From NCBI RefSeq assembly GCF_006345805.1, contig NC_043004.1:30690001-30754000 (forward strand): a DNA stretch of 64,000 nt, written 5' to 3'. The notes beneath the pieces are model-generated. The model had not been told where the DNA came from. It did not search any database and saw nothing but the letters and a program-made list of their open reading frames with translations. This DNA comes from Octopus sinensis. Lineage: Eukaryota. The position numbers and the translations under genes are program-made. Shown in pieces: positions 11,831 to 24,110 of the stretch (the first letter of the stretch is position 1; each line of letters starts with the position of its first letter).

Positions 11831-12639
11831 GGTGTTTTATTTTATTTTATCTTTTATTTCTTTAATGACTGAATAAGCATTGATCGGCTTGTAATTATAT
11901 TAAGAAATCCCAAGAGCTTGATGTTTCCGTAACCCCCGTTAGAATAAAAAGATCTCAATTAATACACTGTGCAACAATCCAAAATGGAAAATATTCGACT
12001 TGTGCTGTCAGCAAGTTTCTAGCAACAGACTATCTTTACAAATGTTTCCTAGTAAATGAAATACTTGCGAATCTACAATCTCAAGTGGAAACCTTTTAGT
12101 TACTGATAATGTATTAAGTGTATGTTAGAAGCCTACAGACAGAGAGTAATGTAATGTAAACACGTTTTGTCATACCATTTCTGTAGTTAATGGCAATTTT
12201 ACTTTACTCAAGGCGATGAAACATTGTTCCAATCAGGCTAAATAATACTGAGTTTTAGAAGCAGTCAACGAAAATTGTCCAACAACCATTGTTGCAATAT
12301 CATTTTTATTCCGGTTAAGTGTCATATTAAAAACGTCTAGTTAGTTTTTCAAATGACTTCAAGGAATCTTAACGTATGATGGTACAATATTAATGCGTGT
12401 GGGAGGTTATATAAAGGGAGGATGGGGTTGAGGAGAGAGAGGAAGTGAGGAAGAGAGTAGGAGAGATGGAGAGATGGAGAGAAATGAGGGGAAGAAGGGA
12501 AAGAATGGGATTTGAAGAGAAAAGGAGAGGTGAGTGGTTTTATCTTTTGGCTTTGATTATAGAAAACCTTGCAGTTAAGATTTCATTAGGTCATCTTAAA
12601 ATAGCTCGACGTACAAATATTATGCCTAGTTAGTCTAAG

Positions 12640-12640
12640 A

Positions 12641-12712
<72 letters not shown>

Positions 12713-12741
12713 GTACATACATACATTCATCATACATATAA

Positions 12742-12773
<32 letters not shown>

Positions 12774-12982
12774 ATAAACATATAGATGTTTATGTATGTA
12801 TGTATGCATATACATACATACATACATACATGCATACATTCATACATACATACATACATACATACATACATACATGCATGCATACATTCATACATACATT
12901 CATACATACATACATACATACATACATACATACATACATACATACATACATACATACATACATACATACATACATACATACA

Positions 12983-13015
<33 letters not shown>
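12640..13015. repeat. Compound (TAGA)n-(GA)n-(TG)n-(CATA)n microsatellite
   Basis: Direct reading. Confidence 0.95.
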
Positions 13016-14011
13016 GGGGGCATGAGGCAGGGAATAGACAAGAAGGGAAAAAGAGAGAGAAATCCGTCGGTTTTAAGGAAACCATAAGAAATAAATATTT
13101 AGAAATAATTTAATAAGATAATTGTGCCTGAAAGGAAGTAATTTAGATGAAATATCTCTACATTATGGGACATTTCTGTATACAAGATAATCATTTACGT
13201 CATCTAAAAGGGTACTTTAGTTTTTAAGCTATCACCGATCGATATCTTCTTATCAGATTGAGTGCAAAGTCAATAAGAACTTGAAATCTATCGTCTTTGT
13301 GGTGGCGTTGAAGTAGTTAGTTACATGATGTTGTTGAGCTATTTCGAAATTATATTGAATCAACGGTTTTGTTTCGCAATATATATTTATAGAGAAAATG
13401 AAAGCGAAGTCGGAAAATATCAAAGAATAAAGCTGTTTGAAAAATAAACAGCTTCGGCTATAATAAGAGGAAGATACATGTTTTATAACAATAGTCATTA
13501 ATGACAACCCTATCTTTCGATACGGTGGTATTTGATATGGACAAGCATTATAGATACCTCAGAGGAAAAACTATGAATAAATATCACATCGTACCGCATC
13601 TGTGCTAAGAATATAACATTTCCGTGATAGTGGCTATTGCTAGTCGGTAACTAAGATCTAAATATATATAGGTGATTAGGATACCCCGCCAGGAACTTCT
13701 TATAAAATGGGCCAATCTTCAAACAAAAGGTCAAAATTGTCTTTGGTCTGTGGAGTATTACGAACATGGGATCCGGTTCTGCAAGAACTTTTGGGAAATC
13801 AAGCTGACTCTTGCTCTGTGATAGCTTGGGAAGGCGGCTTCGATCAAAGCCTTGGGGTCGACCAAACATTATACAGGCAATTTAATAGACAGGAACTGCG
13901 CAGGAGCCGTTCGTGTACGTGTGTGTGTGTGATTACATGTATATACATGAATATATACATGTTTATATATATATATATATATATATTTATAACACGCACT
14001 CCCATTCCCAA

Positions 14012-14048
<37 letters not shown>

Positions 14049-14550
14049 AATCACATAGTGTGTGTGTGTGTGCCGTCACCTGAAAATTTGTTCGAGCTGC
14101 GTGTCTTTTCTCACTTAAAACCAACCACCAACCATAATATTCAGTTTTAATGAAGCATATTTATTTCCATATTTAGGTTAGGAAGGTTACCTGCTGAAAA
14201 CCGTGGTGCTTAATGTCAATAGCATTAATGCATAATGTATGAGAATGTATGTTTGACGATAGAAAATCTAAGTCTTCATGCTTGGTGAGGTTGTCGAATT
14301 GACATGACAGACGAAGATAACCACTACGAGTCGTCTGGCTCATCGGTCTCCTATGCATTGTATTTTTCGCACACTTCTTTTTGTCACTATGATTTGGTGC
14401 GAAACTACATGGAATTTTCCATTACTCCTACCGCCATGCAAAGGCACCAGAACAACGACTGGGCAAAATACAGGCCAAGATCACGCAGTTTCGAATGCTA
14501 AGTACCGCTACATTTTATAAATATATATGACACACACACACACACACACA

Positions 14551-14614
<64 letters not shown>

Positions 14615-14917
14615 CATGTATATATACATATACATATATGCATATCTCTATATATACATTTATATATATACATCTACATATATATATGTAAATGTATATA
14701 TATACATATATATAAAAAATATAAATATATATACATAAATACATACATATATATACATAAATACATACATACATACATATATATATACATATACATATAC
14801 ATATACATACATACATACATACATACATACATACATACATGTATATATATATATATATACATACATATACATATACATACATACATACATACATACATAC
14901 ATACATACATACATACA

Positions 14918-14953
<36 letters not shown>

Positions 14954-14984
14954 TGTACCTGGCTCCCCTTAAATAACCTAGATT

Positions 14985-15520
14985 TTGCGACTTTCGGAAA
15001 ATCTATTAATAGTAATTTCAATCGTGGTAAGTCTCTTGTGCTCCGACTATTTGATGGTCTCAAATGTTCTAGATGCCCAGAAAAAGCTGACCTCTTTGCT
15101 CATACTTTTTTTTTCTTTTCTTTTCGTTATTATCTGTACCCTTGCTGATTCGGGTGCACCTTTTCCTGGGTTTCTTTCTCATACAGAGCAGATTCTTGAT
15201 CCTGCAGTCATAATTTCTAACTTGGTACCTAAGGTGATCTCTGAGCTTGATCAGTCTCAAAAATCTGACCCTGACAACATTCCTGTGATTGTCTTGAAAC
15301 TACGTGCTCCTGAAATGTCTAAGTCCTATTTTCTGTTGTTGTGCTTCCACGAATAAGGAGGAAGTCTTTCTATGATCGTAGCTTTTCCCCCCTCAAACTG
15401 CCAAACTTTGGAACTCTACCATTTCATTGTTTTTTGTTTGTTTTTTTCTTATTATGACCCAAACTCTTTCAAGTCTAAAGTAAATTCACCCCTTTCATTT
15501 TAATTTCACTTTTATCATAA
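14985..15520 (+). mobile_element. CR1/Jockey-group LINE relic, internally deleted
   Basis: FNRGKS...EKADLFA...KVISELDQSQKSDPDNIPVIVLK (pre-RT region), followed by 3'-end motifs FFPQTAKLWNSLP-like and NSFKSKVN. Confidence 0.65.
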
Positions 15521-16210
15521 GTCTAATACAAAGTAGTTTCTCGCCTTGTTTGAGACTGGCAAATAAAATTCAGAAATGTGGTGTATCAGAGGAAGTAGTA
15601 AATTATTGGTTACCAATTGTGCATAGAATATGCAAAAATAAATAAATAAGTATTGTAATTTTCAAAATATAAGTCACCGAAAATGGAATCTTTTGCAGTT
15701 TTCGATAATCTATTGCAGTTTCCGATAAATTATATATCTAATCTTGAGAAATCCCATTCCATTTTATTTTAAAACTACAGTGAATTTACGAGCGGAAGAA
15801 TTATATATATTATGGAAATTTCTTTTGACCCTGATATGTGTCTCCTCAAAACATTGTTTGTTATCTTTTAATTACAAACCAGCAAAATCCTGTTAGAAGC
15901 TACCGGTTTTGAATAATGTCAGAGTATAAAGCTAAAAGTTATCTCTAAGATTATCTTTATTAGATCTGCGTGTATTTTTATTAATGCCATTGAACGATTT
16001 ACTTCAGCTGACGAAGTTGCAGAGATAAAAGTCACTGTCCATCTTATGTGGTTGGTTTTGCAGGACTAGAAGCATTTGAAAGTCAAGAAATACCGGTAGT
16101 ATGGCCTCTTATCAATATTATTAAACAGTTGGTTGGTTGATGTCAGAAAACTAAGAGTTTGTCGGCCAATTAACTTCCCCAGTATTTTAACACTTTCGCT
16201 TACTAACACT

Positions 16211-16357
16211 CTTCTGCATTTAATATACAGTATAGACAAGGCGGTAAGCAGGCATGATGCTTCTACATTTAATATACAGTACCAACAAGGCAGTAAGCAG
16301 GCATGATGCTTCTACATTTAATATACAGTACCAACAAGGAAGTGAGCAGGCATGATG
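16211..16357. repeat. 49-bp tandem triplication at a SINE 5' junction
   Basis: Units at 16211, 16260 and 16309 (CTTCTACATTTAATATACAGTACCAACAAGGCAGTAAGCAGGCATGATG). Confidence 0.9.
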
Positions 16358-16570
16358 CTTAGCGGCATTTCGTCCGTCTTTGCGTTCTCAGTTCAAATTC
16401 CACCGAGGTCGACTTTGCCTTTCATCCTTTTATCGACTCCGAAAGGATGTTGATGGATATCGACATCCTTTCGTGGTCGATAAAATAAGAAGCAGTTCAG
16501 CACTGAGGTCGATGTAGTTAGCTTACTCACATCCCCGAAATTGCTAGCCTTGTGCCAAAATTTGAAAGCA
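16330..16570 (+). mobile_element. Octopus-type SINE (GTTCAAATTCC-CCGAGGTCGACTTTGCC family)
   Basis: ATGCTTAGCGGCATTTCG...GTTCAAATTCCACCGAGGTCGACTTTGCCTTTCATCC...CCTTGTGCCAAAATTTGAA. Confidence 0.85.
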
Positions 16571-16859
16571 GTATACAGAACAAAAATAGCTCAACTTACA
16601 TCGTTTCGAGTTTCGTCTTTTTTCGACTTTACGTCGTTTTTTTTTTTGTTTTGTTTTGCTTTGTTTTAACAAATTTATGGAAAATATAAATCTCAACATT
16701 AATCGATTTACCCGACTTTATGACGATTTCGCTGAACATATTCAAAAGCATAAAAATTTCAAAAACGATCACGTAAAAGCCAGCGCTGACGTGAAAAGTA
16801 AAATGAAATACATATGAAAATATGGACAAACCATTTATTAAAACAGATATATATATATA

Positions 16860-17025
16860 TTTCTTTACTGCCCACAAGGGGCTAAACATAGAGGGGACAA
16901 ACAAGGACAGACGAAGGGATTAAGTCGATTACATCGACCCTAGTGCGAAACTGGTTCTTTATTTATCTACCCAGAAAGGATGAAAGGCAAAGTCGACCTC
17001 AGCGGAATTTGAACTCACAACGTAA
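16860..17025 (-). mobile_element. Same SINE family, reverse orientation, 5'-truncated
   Basis: Reverse complement of the family body; near-identical to 44311-44480. Confidence 0.85.
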
Positions 17026-17779
17026 ATTTTTTTAAATAATTTTTCGTGTTACGTCGTTTTCCGAATTAAGTTGCTTGCGTAGGAACTTATTACCGACGTT
17101 AGTTGAGGTAAGTCTGTATATGTAGGCTCCAATCTCTTTTATCTTCTTATCTTCTTTTTTCAACATCATTCGTTCCTTAACAAAAACAACCAATTACATT
17201 TGGTATAATCTTCACGCTGATATTTTTCCCACTCATTATGACAATAATCTGTATCTAGCTTGGCTAATTATTCTCTAACTAGACTTATTTGTCATATAAT
17301 AAGTCACTTCGAAAACATACTTCTGCCAACACGAGTAATATCAGGAAACAGGGCACGCATACAATAATAATTATAGCTGAACTGTTATCAAATTTCTTGG
17401 TGTTTATACAAAATGATGAAATGAATATTAATTTTCCAAAAGAAAAGGTATTACTTTAAAACGAAATTAAATAACACAAATTTCTCTTTTGTATATCTAT
17501 TTACAATAGATATATGTTATTATTTTTCTAAATGTTATCAAAACATTCACAATCTACTCCATCGAGAACCTACTTCTGTAAAATTTGAACGCCTCCCATA
17601 ACTGTGTCATTTACTTCCTTACCTCCTCATCATCATCATCCGACGCCATTGTGGTAAATAAAGAGATAATTACCTTACCTTTCATTCCTTTCGGGGTCGA
17701 TTAAATAAGTACCAGTTGAGTACTGGAGCCGGCCGAGATCTACTTTGCCTTTCATCCTTTCGAGGTCGAAAGCTTGCTA

Positions 17780-17965
17780 CCTGCAGCCTACGGTACCCTG
17801 CTACCCGTTCTTTTCATTATTCTGGCCGTGCCCAGGAGTCAAAACTTTTTTTAACAGTTCTACTAGGAACTCTATTCTTTGTTTCCATTATTTCCCCTTG
17901 ATGCCTTCTGGTACTGTTCCCAAGGACCCAACAATAATTGGCACTATCTTCACCTTCATTAAATA
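17780..17965 (-). mobile_element. R4/Dong-type LINE C-terminal fragment
   Basis: Minus frame MKVKIVPIIVGSLGTVP...VELLKK matches the end of the RLE-type ORF. Confidence 0.65.
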
Positions 17966-18176
17966 AAAAATAAAGAAGTAAATAAATAAAATAAGTGTGT
18001 GCACGGGAGCGAGGCAAGCCAGAAATTTGGCACCCTATCATTACCAAGGTATTTCCACTTATGAGCCTTCGTGAGAGTCATTCTTAGGTCTGCTATTGTA
18101 GTGTCTTCCCATTCTTGTTCTTATAAGTTTTGGTAGTCTGCATTTTCTTCTTCTTCTTCTTCTTCTTCTCTTCTTC

Positions 18177-18220
<44 letters not shown>

Positions 18221-18773
18221 GAGTGAGAGAGCAGTGCATGCCATCAAAGTGACACTGGGGTAAAATATACGAAGCCCAATATACCCATCATGACTACCCG
18301 TCTGATAAAGGTACACCAGGCACATGCATCACAACCATATGTGCGCGACATGGTGATCTCATATCAAGATAAACAGCACATGACCTTGCAGGTGGGGCCC
18401 AGTTAGAACTTTCTTCAGGTGAGTAGCCATCCCGCTCAAAAGGTCCCTGAATAAGGGTTGTTTAAGGATGTTGAAAGAACCACCCATGTTTCCAGAGGTG
18501 AATTATTCAAGCCCCAAAGAATCCTCTCAACACATGGCCATGATGCTCCCCCACTACTTCTGCTCGTGATCAGAGATGCACATATCGTCAGCCACTAAGG
18601 GACATGCTCAACTGGTTATGGTCAAACAACTGACAAGCAAATCTGTGGTATTGAGCAGAATATTTGCTGTAGCCCATCTTTTATACCAAGACAAAACAAT
18701 GTACATGATAACACTTCCAATCAGTTAAGATCAGAAGCCATGAGAGCCACTGCCTGGTACTGCATCAGGGCAT
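18221..18773 (-). mobile_element. 553-bp non-coding element inserted in (TAA)n, full-length copy
   Basis: (TTA)n on both sides. Partial copies at 22129-22392, 26921-27030 and 51369-51382. Strand is inferred from which end the truncated copies keep. Confidence 0.75.
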
Positions 18774-18796
18774 TTATTATGATATTATTATTATTA

Positions 18797-18834
<38 letters not shown>

Positions 18835-18947
18835 TATTATTATTATTATTAATATCATTATCATTATCTTATTATTATTATTATTATTATATTATTATTA
18901 TTATATATTATTATTATTAATATTATTATTAATATTATTATTATTAA

Positions 18948-18979
<32 letters not shown>

Positions 18980-19099
18980 TATTATTATTATTATTAATAT
19001 TATATTAATATTATTAATTATTAATATTATTATATATATATTATTATTATTATTATTATTATTATCATTCATATCACTCAACAGATTAAACTATTGGAA

Positions 19100-20090
19100 A
19101 AGAAAAATTCCTAACATCGGACTACAAGTAACTTTAGATGCAAGAATCCTTCTAAGTATTCTAGCTGTCCCTAATAACACTAATTTCTGGAGTCGTACTA
19201 TTTTCTGATATTGACTTCCTCATAATTTGGCACTGTAAAGTCACTTATCTGGCACTTTCTATTCTCTTTGTCTATTACTACTAAATCAAGCTTTCTAGAT
19301 TCTATTACTCTGTCCGTCTGAATGTTAAAATCCCACAACATCTTTATTTCTTAATTTCTAGTATTTTACTAGGTTTATATTCATACCATTTATTAGTATG
19401 GTTAAATCCTAGCTTTCTACATACCCCCCAGTAGATTACTCTCCCTAGGTTGTCATTGTATTTTTCTTGTATTCATTCTGTACCTGCATGCTACATTCAC
19501 TTACTATATGAGTAACACTTCCCTCTTTTGATTTATACAACCTATATTGGGAATATACTTGGTCCTTGTTTACCTTGGCTTTTATCCAATTAGTCTTCAA
19601 CTAACAGTACCCGTGGAAATTCCACGATAAAAGCGAAATTTTTTCGATGGTTTTAAGTTTATATAGAGACATAAAAATTACTGTTCCTTTACAAATTGTA
19701 TATTCTGCATACTTTTCATTTAAAAACACCTTCCAGTTCTTCTGGATAATGCTATATTTGAAGGAGCATGAATTTCCCATCATCTCAGAGGTTCATTTAT
19801 AAATCTAAGAGCTTCACAATGATTACAGAGAATATTCATGCCACTAATGTAACGTCCAACCTTACGTTTACAGGTTTTTGTCTTTTTTTTGCTCGTTCTT
19901 TCTGATTTACATCTTATATCCTAACTTGATTGTGTTCCTTTATATATTGTAAATACTCACTCTGTACTCTTTGATTCATTTTTTTCCTTCTACTCGCTGA
20001 TGCTCCCATACTTGTTCTATTGTTTCGACCCCCTGCTTCTCTTTGCGTCATTGCCTATTCGATTCCTTTTTTCTATTATAAACTTACATC
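19100..20090 (-). mobile_element. Degenerate R4/Dong-type LINE, interrupted
   Basis: Minus frame EIKMLWDFNIQTDRVIESRKLDLVVIDKENRKCQISDF (RLE domain) and a GGRGL-like motif near 20030. Confidence 0.75.
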
Positions 20091-20294
20091 GGCTATCATC
20101 TATATTTTATAAGCAAATATCAATATTCAAGTGAGCAGACGATCGATAATTGCACTTATAAGCAACCGTTAAGTGATAGGTGACATAGAAAAAACTTAGC
20201 CCAATTAAAAAAAAAAAACGCTTTTCACTATCCAATCACCACCACATCTCCACCACTACCACCACCACCACCTCTACCACCACTACCTCTACCA

Positions 20295-20326
<32 letters not shown>

Positions 20327-20679
20327 TCTCTCTCTCCTTTTCTTTAACCTCACCATCAGAACATCACCCCTCTGCTAAAATTATATTTCTAACTCTCCTC
20401 TATATTACTACCTTCAACTAACTTTTTAAACCACGTAATAAATATGACGTTCCCCTTACCTCACGTTATGGACCCGTCTCTCTCCCTTCAACTAATCAAG
20501 TGAAAGCGTTACAGACGGGCTGAGTAAACAACTAACGGAGGAACAAATAGAATTATTATTAGATTATTATTCATGGTATACACGAATGTGTACATTATCC
20601 TCGAATCAACATCCTCGATACCGAGTCACAACCGGTTTCCTTAGATATTGAGGTCCTTTCCTACAACCTTTGCTGTTCA

Positions 20680-22050
20680 CAATACAGCAGGATTTTTAAA
20701 TTAATGCAACTCTCGTAGTTACAGCACTCTCTATAAGGAAACTTCCAAGTTGCTATAGGGCACCTATAATAACTGGGAGTACTTTTGTAGAAACTCTCCA
20801 CAGTCTTCGCTTTTCCCTAGCCAAATCCTGGAATTTTCTTATTTTCTTTTTTCCTTTAACTGCTACATTCATGTCCACAGATATAGCCACAGCTATGATG
20901 AGGCACTCTTTTTCTCCTTGTCCAGAACGATAGTATCTGGTCGTCTTATTTGAAGTTCGTGATCAGTCTGTACAATAAAATCCTTTAAGATTTTAAAGGA
21001 TCGTTCTCTGTTACACTCTCTTCTTGGCGTTCGTACTATTTTCTTTCCGCTTCAAATCCCCTTTGCTGTCATATGTCCCAGTGTAATGCTTTAGCCACAC
21101 AATCAGGTCTGCGTCTATACTCCTTCTGTGCCAAAGCACTACAGGATATATGCATAACGGATTCTTCTTTCTCATTACAAACTCTGCACTTAACGCTTCT
21201 CATGGTTTTGTCTATTTTTGCCTTCATCATATTCGTCCGCAATGATTGGCTTTGGGCAGCCATTATAAGTCCTTTCGTTTCTTTCATAAGTTCTTCATTT
21301 TTCAGCCATAACCAAGACTCTCTGCTGCGACATCCTGTGTTTGTTCGGAATGCTGACCGTGCAGTTCTTTTTCATAAATGTTTCTTTCTCGTTCCTGTTT
21401 TCTTCTTTTCTTGTATTCCATTGCAATATCCATCTTATTTCTCCTCTCTTCCTGCAGCTAAAATCAGTCTTTCTGCGTTTTTTCTCACATTCTTCCATGT
21501 CACGTTTTGCCATCTTTACACAGCCTTCTATTGGTATCAGTCCTCTTCCCCCTCCTTTCGTAATAGGTATAACCAACCAACACTGTTATTGGGATGTAGC
21601 GAACTATATATGGACACCGTCTTTCTGGTTTTACAGTCTATGCCTCTTAGTTCTTCCTTAGCACAGTTCAGAAAAGCAGCAGAATATCCCACGAGACACC
21701 GCCCATGTATTTACTGCAAAAGTGCTTTTCCCTCCATTCAGTTTTAAGCTTAGCACCTTTTTTATACTTTCCTGAGATATCCATTTTTCACTTTTTCTTT
21801 CATTTCTTGACAGAGAATTCTATCTGCCAACAATATACACTTAGGTATTTGTAACTCACTCTCATTCACTGCTCCGATTGATATTTTAGCTGGGAGTTTA
21901 ATCCCTTCTGACTTGAATATTTTTCCTCTTCTTATTACTAGCATCGCACGTTTATCTATTTCAAATTCAAGATGTATCTCACCACTCACATCTCTAACAA
22001 CCTGGACCAAAACATTCTCACTTTCAGCAAATAATTTCAGGTTTTCCATT
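20680..22050 (-). mobile_element. R4/Dong-type LINE, 5'-truncated, degenerate
   Basis: LKLFAESE (end of RT), GGGRGLI, ETKGLIMAAQSQSLRTN, CRVCNEKEESVMHI (CCHC), RPD endonuclease region. Confidence 0.9.
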
Positions 22051-22055
22051 AGTAG

Positions 22056-22128
<73 letters not shown>

Positions 22129-22392
22129 GAGTGAGAGAGCAGCGCATGCCATCAAAATGACACTTGGGTAAAATATACGAAGCCCAGTATATCCATCACG
22201 ACTACCCGTCTGATAAGGGTACACCAGGCACATGCATCACAATCATATGTGCGCGACGTAGTAATCTCATATATCTCAAATCAAGATAAACAGCACATGA
22301 CCTTGCAGGTGGGGCCCAGTTACAATTTTCTTCAGGCCGAGTAGCCCATCCCGCTCAAAAGGTCTCTGTAGGGGTTCTTTAAGGATGTTGAA
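22129..22392 (-). mobile_element. Truncated copy of the 553-bp TAA-nested element
   Basis: Shares the GAGTGAGAGAGCAG end and about 265 bp with 18221-18480; (TTA)n on both sides. Confidence 0.85.
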
Positions 22393-22427
22393 TATTATTA
22401 TTATTATTATTTACTATTATTATTATT

Positions 22428-23880
22428 CAGTAGTTTTATTTTTATAGCGTGCTTTCACTTCACTACCGAGCGCAGCTCTGTGTGCCTTGGGTATGTGCTG
22501 TGATTTGTTGTGGTGCTCTGATGGTTATTGTATGGAAAGTGTTCTGCGTAGGATGTGTGCAGTGCCTAGTAGTGCAATTTTCTGTATGTTATATGTGTTG
22601 TAAGTCCTGGTGTTTTGTTATGTATTTGTCTGAATATTTTTTATCATGCCTAATGCACCTACTATGATAGGAATTGTTTCTGTTTTTAGATTCCACATTC
22701 TAGTTACCTCCATTTCCAGGTCTTTGTATTTTGAGAGTTTCTCCATTTCTTTTAGAGACACGTTGTCATCAGCCGGTATTGATACATCAATTAGAAAGCA
22801 TTTTTTTTCTTCATGGTCTCTGACAACTATATCTGGTCTGTTGGCTTTAATTTCTCTATCTGTGTGTATCGGCATATCCCAGAGTATGGTTGCTTTCTCG
22901 TTTTCTGTGACCTTTCTGGTGTGTGCCTATACCATCTTTTTCTGTGGTTTTCCATAATGTTGGCATAGCTTCCAATGTATGTAGGTTCCAACTCTGTCAT
23001 GTCTGTGAATATATTCCTTCTTAGCCAGGATTGGGCAGCTAGAGATAATATGATTTATTGTTTCTTGTCCATCCCCACATATTCTGCAGTTACTTGTAAT
23101 ATTTCTTTCATTACATGTTTTGGTAATTCTGGTGGGGAGGCTTTGGTCTTGTGCTGCAATTAAAAATCCCTCTGTTTCTGCTTTGAGTCCTGAGCTTCTC
23201 AACCATTGCTGGGATTTTTCTTTGTCTATTTCTTTTGCATTTACTTTAGTCCAGTATTTACCATGAAGGGGCTTTTCTTGCCATCGTTTTATCATGGTTC
23301 GTTGCTGTTCTATTTTTAGTTTGGATTTCATTTGTTTTATAGCTTTTGTTGTTTCTTCATTTTCTTCTTCTTCATGTTTATTAGGTGGTATGATTTCTTG
23401 TTTGTATTTGTCAGCTTCCTTAAATACTGAGAACAGTTTTTTGTTTTGCTCGTGTTTTGCCGCTATCTGGATCAGTTTTCCTTCCTTCTGAAGTAGATAT
23501 TTTTGCAGTCCTATGGTGGTTATTTTATAGTAGTTTTCCAGCTGTATAAGGCCTCTACCACCTTCTATACGTTGTATATATAGTCTTTCTATGTCAGATT
23601 TTGGGTGATGCATCCTAGATCCTGTCATTATTTTTCTTGTTTTCCTATCTATTTTGGTCAGTTCATTTCGTGTCCAGTTAAGGATATTGTAGCTGTAACT
23701 TATAACTGGGACAGCTAAAGTGTTGATACCTATTATCTTGTTTTTAGCATTGAGCTCTGTGTTTAGTATTGATCTAACTCGTCTATAATATTCTTTTTTT
23801 ATTTTCTCTTTCATTTGTGTGTGTTGTGTCTTATCTAGTTCATGGATTCCTAAGTATTTGTAAGTTTGGCTTTGGTCTAA
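22428..23880 (-). mobile_element. R4/Dong-clade (RLE-type) non-LTR retrotransposon, 5'-truncated, best-preserved copy
   Basis: 295-aa ORF YKYLG...GGRGLIQL...LKAETEGFLIAAQDQSL...CRICGDGQETINHIISSC...HRHD, then frameshifted LWDMPIHTDREIKANRPDIVV...CFLIDVSIP...KLSKYKDL (PD-(D/E)xK endonuclease); (TAA)n tail. Confidence 0.95.
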
Positions 23881-23891
23881 TTCTTTTATTC

Positions 23892-23954
<63 letters not shown>

Positions 23955-23960
<6 letters not shown>

Positions 23961-24110
23961 ATTGTAGTCTTCTTTATGTTATACTACCAAGCGCAACTTT
24001 TTGTACCTTCGGTATGTGCTGTGGTTTGCTTTGGTGCTGTTATTTTCATTATATTGTGTGCGGTGCCTAGTAGTGCTACTTTCTGTATGTTATATATTAT
24101 TTCACTATTA
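23955..24110 (-). mobile_element. R4/Dong-type 3' tail fragment
   Basis: CTACCAAGCGCAAC...CCTTCGGTATGTGCTGTGG...GTGCCTAGTAGTGC is homologous to 22460-22590. Confidence 0.75.

Noticed and set aside
18221-18773. HDV-like ribozyme at the inferred 5' end of the TAA-nested element
   Set aside because: I found no P1' partner for GCCCTGA and no nested pseudoknot by eye; a formal motif search is still worthwhile.
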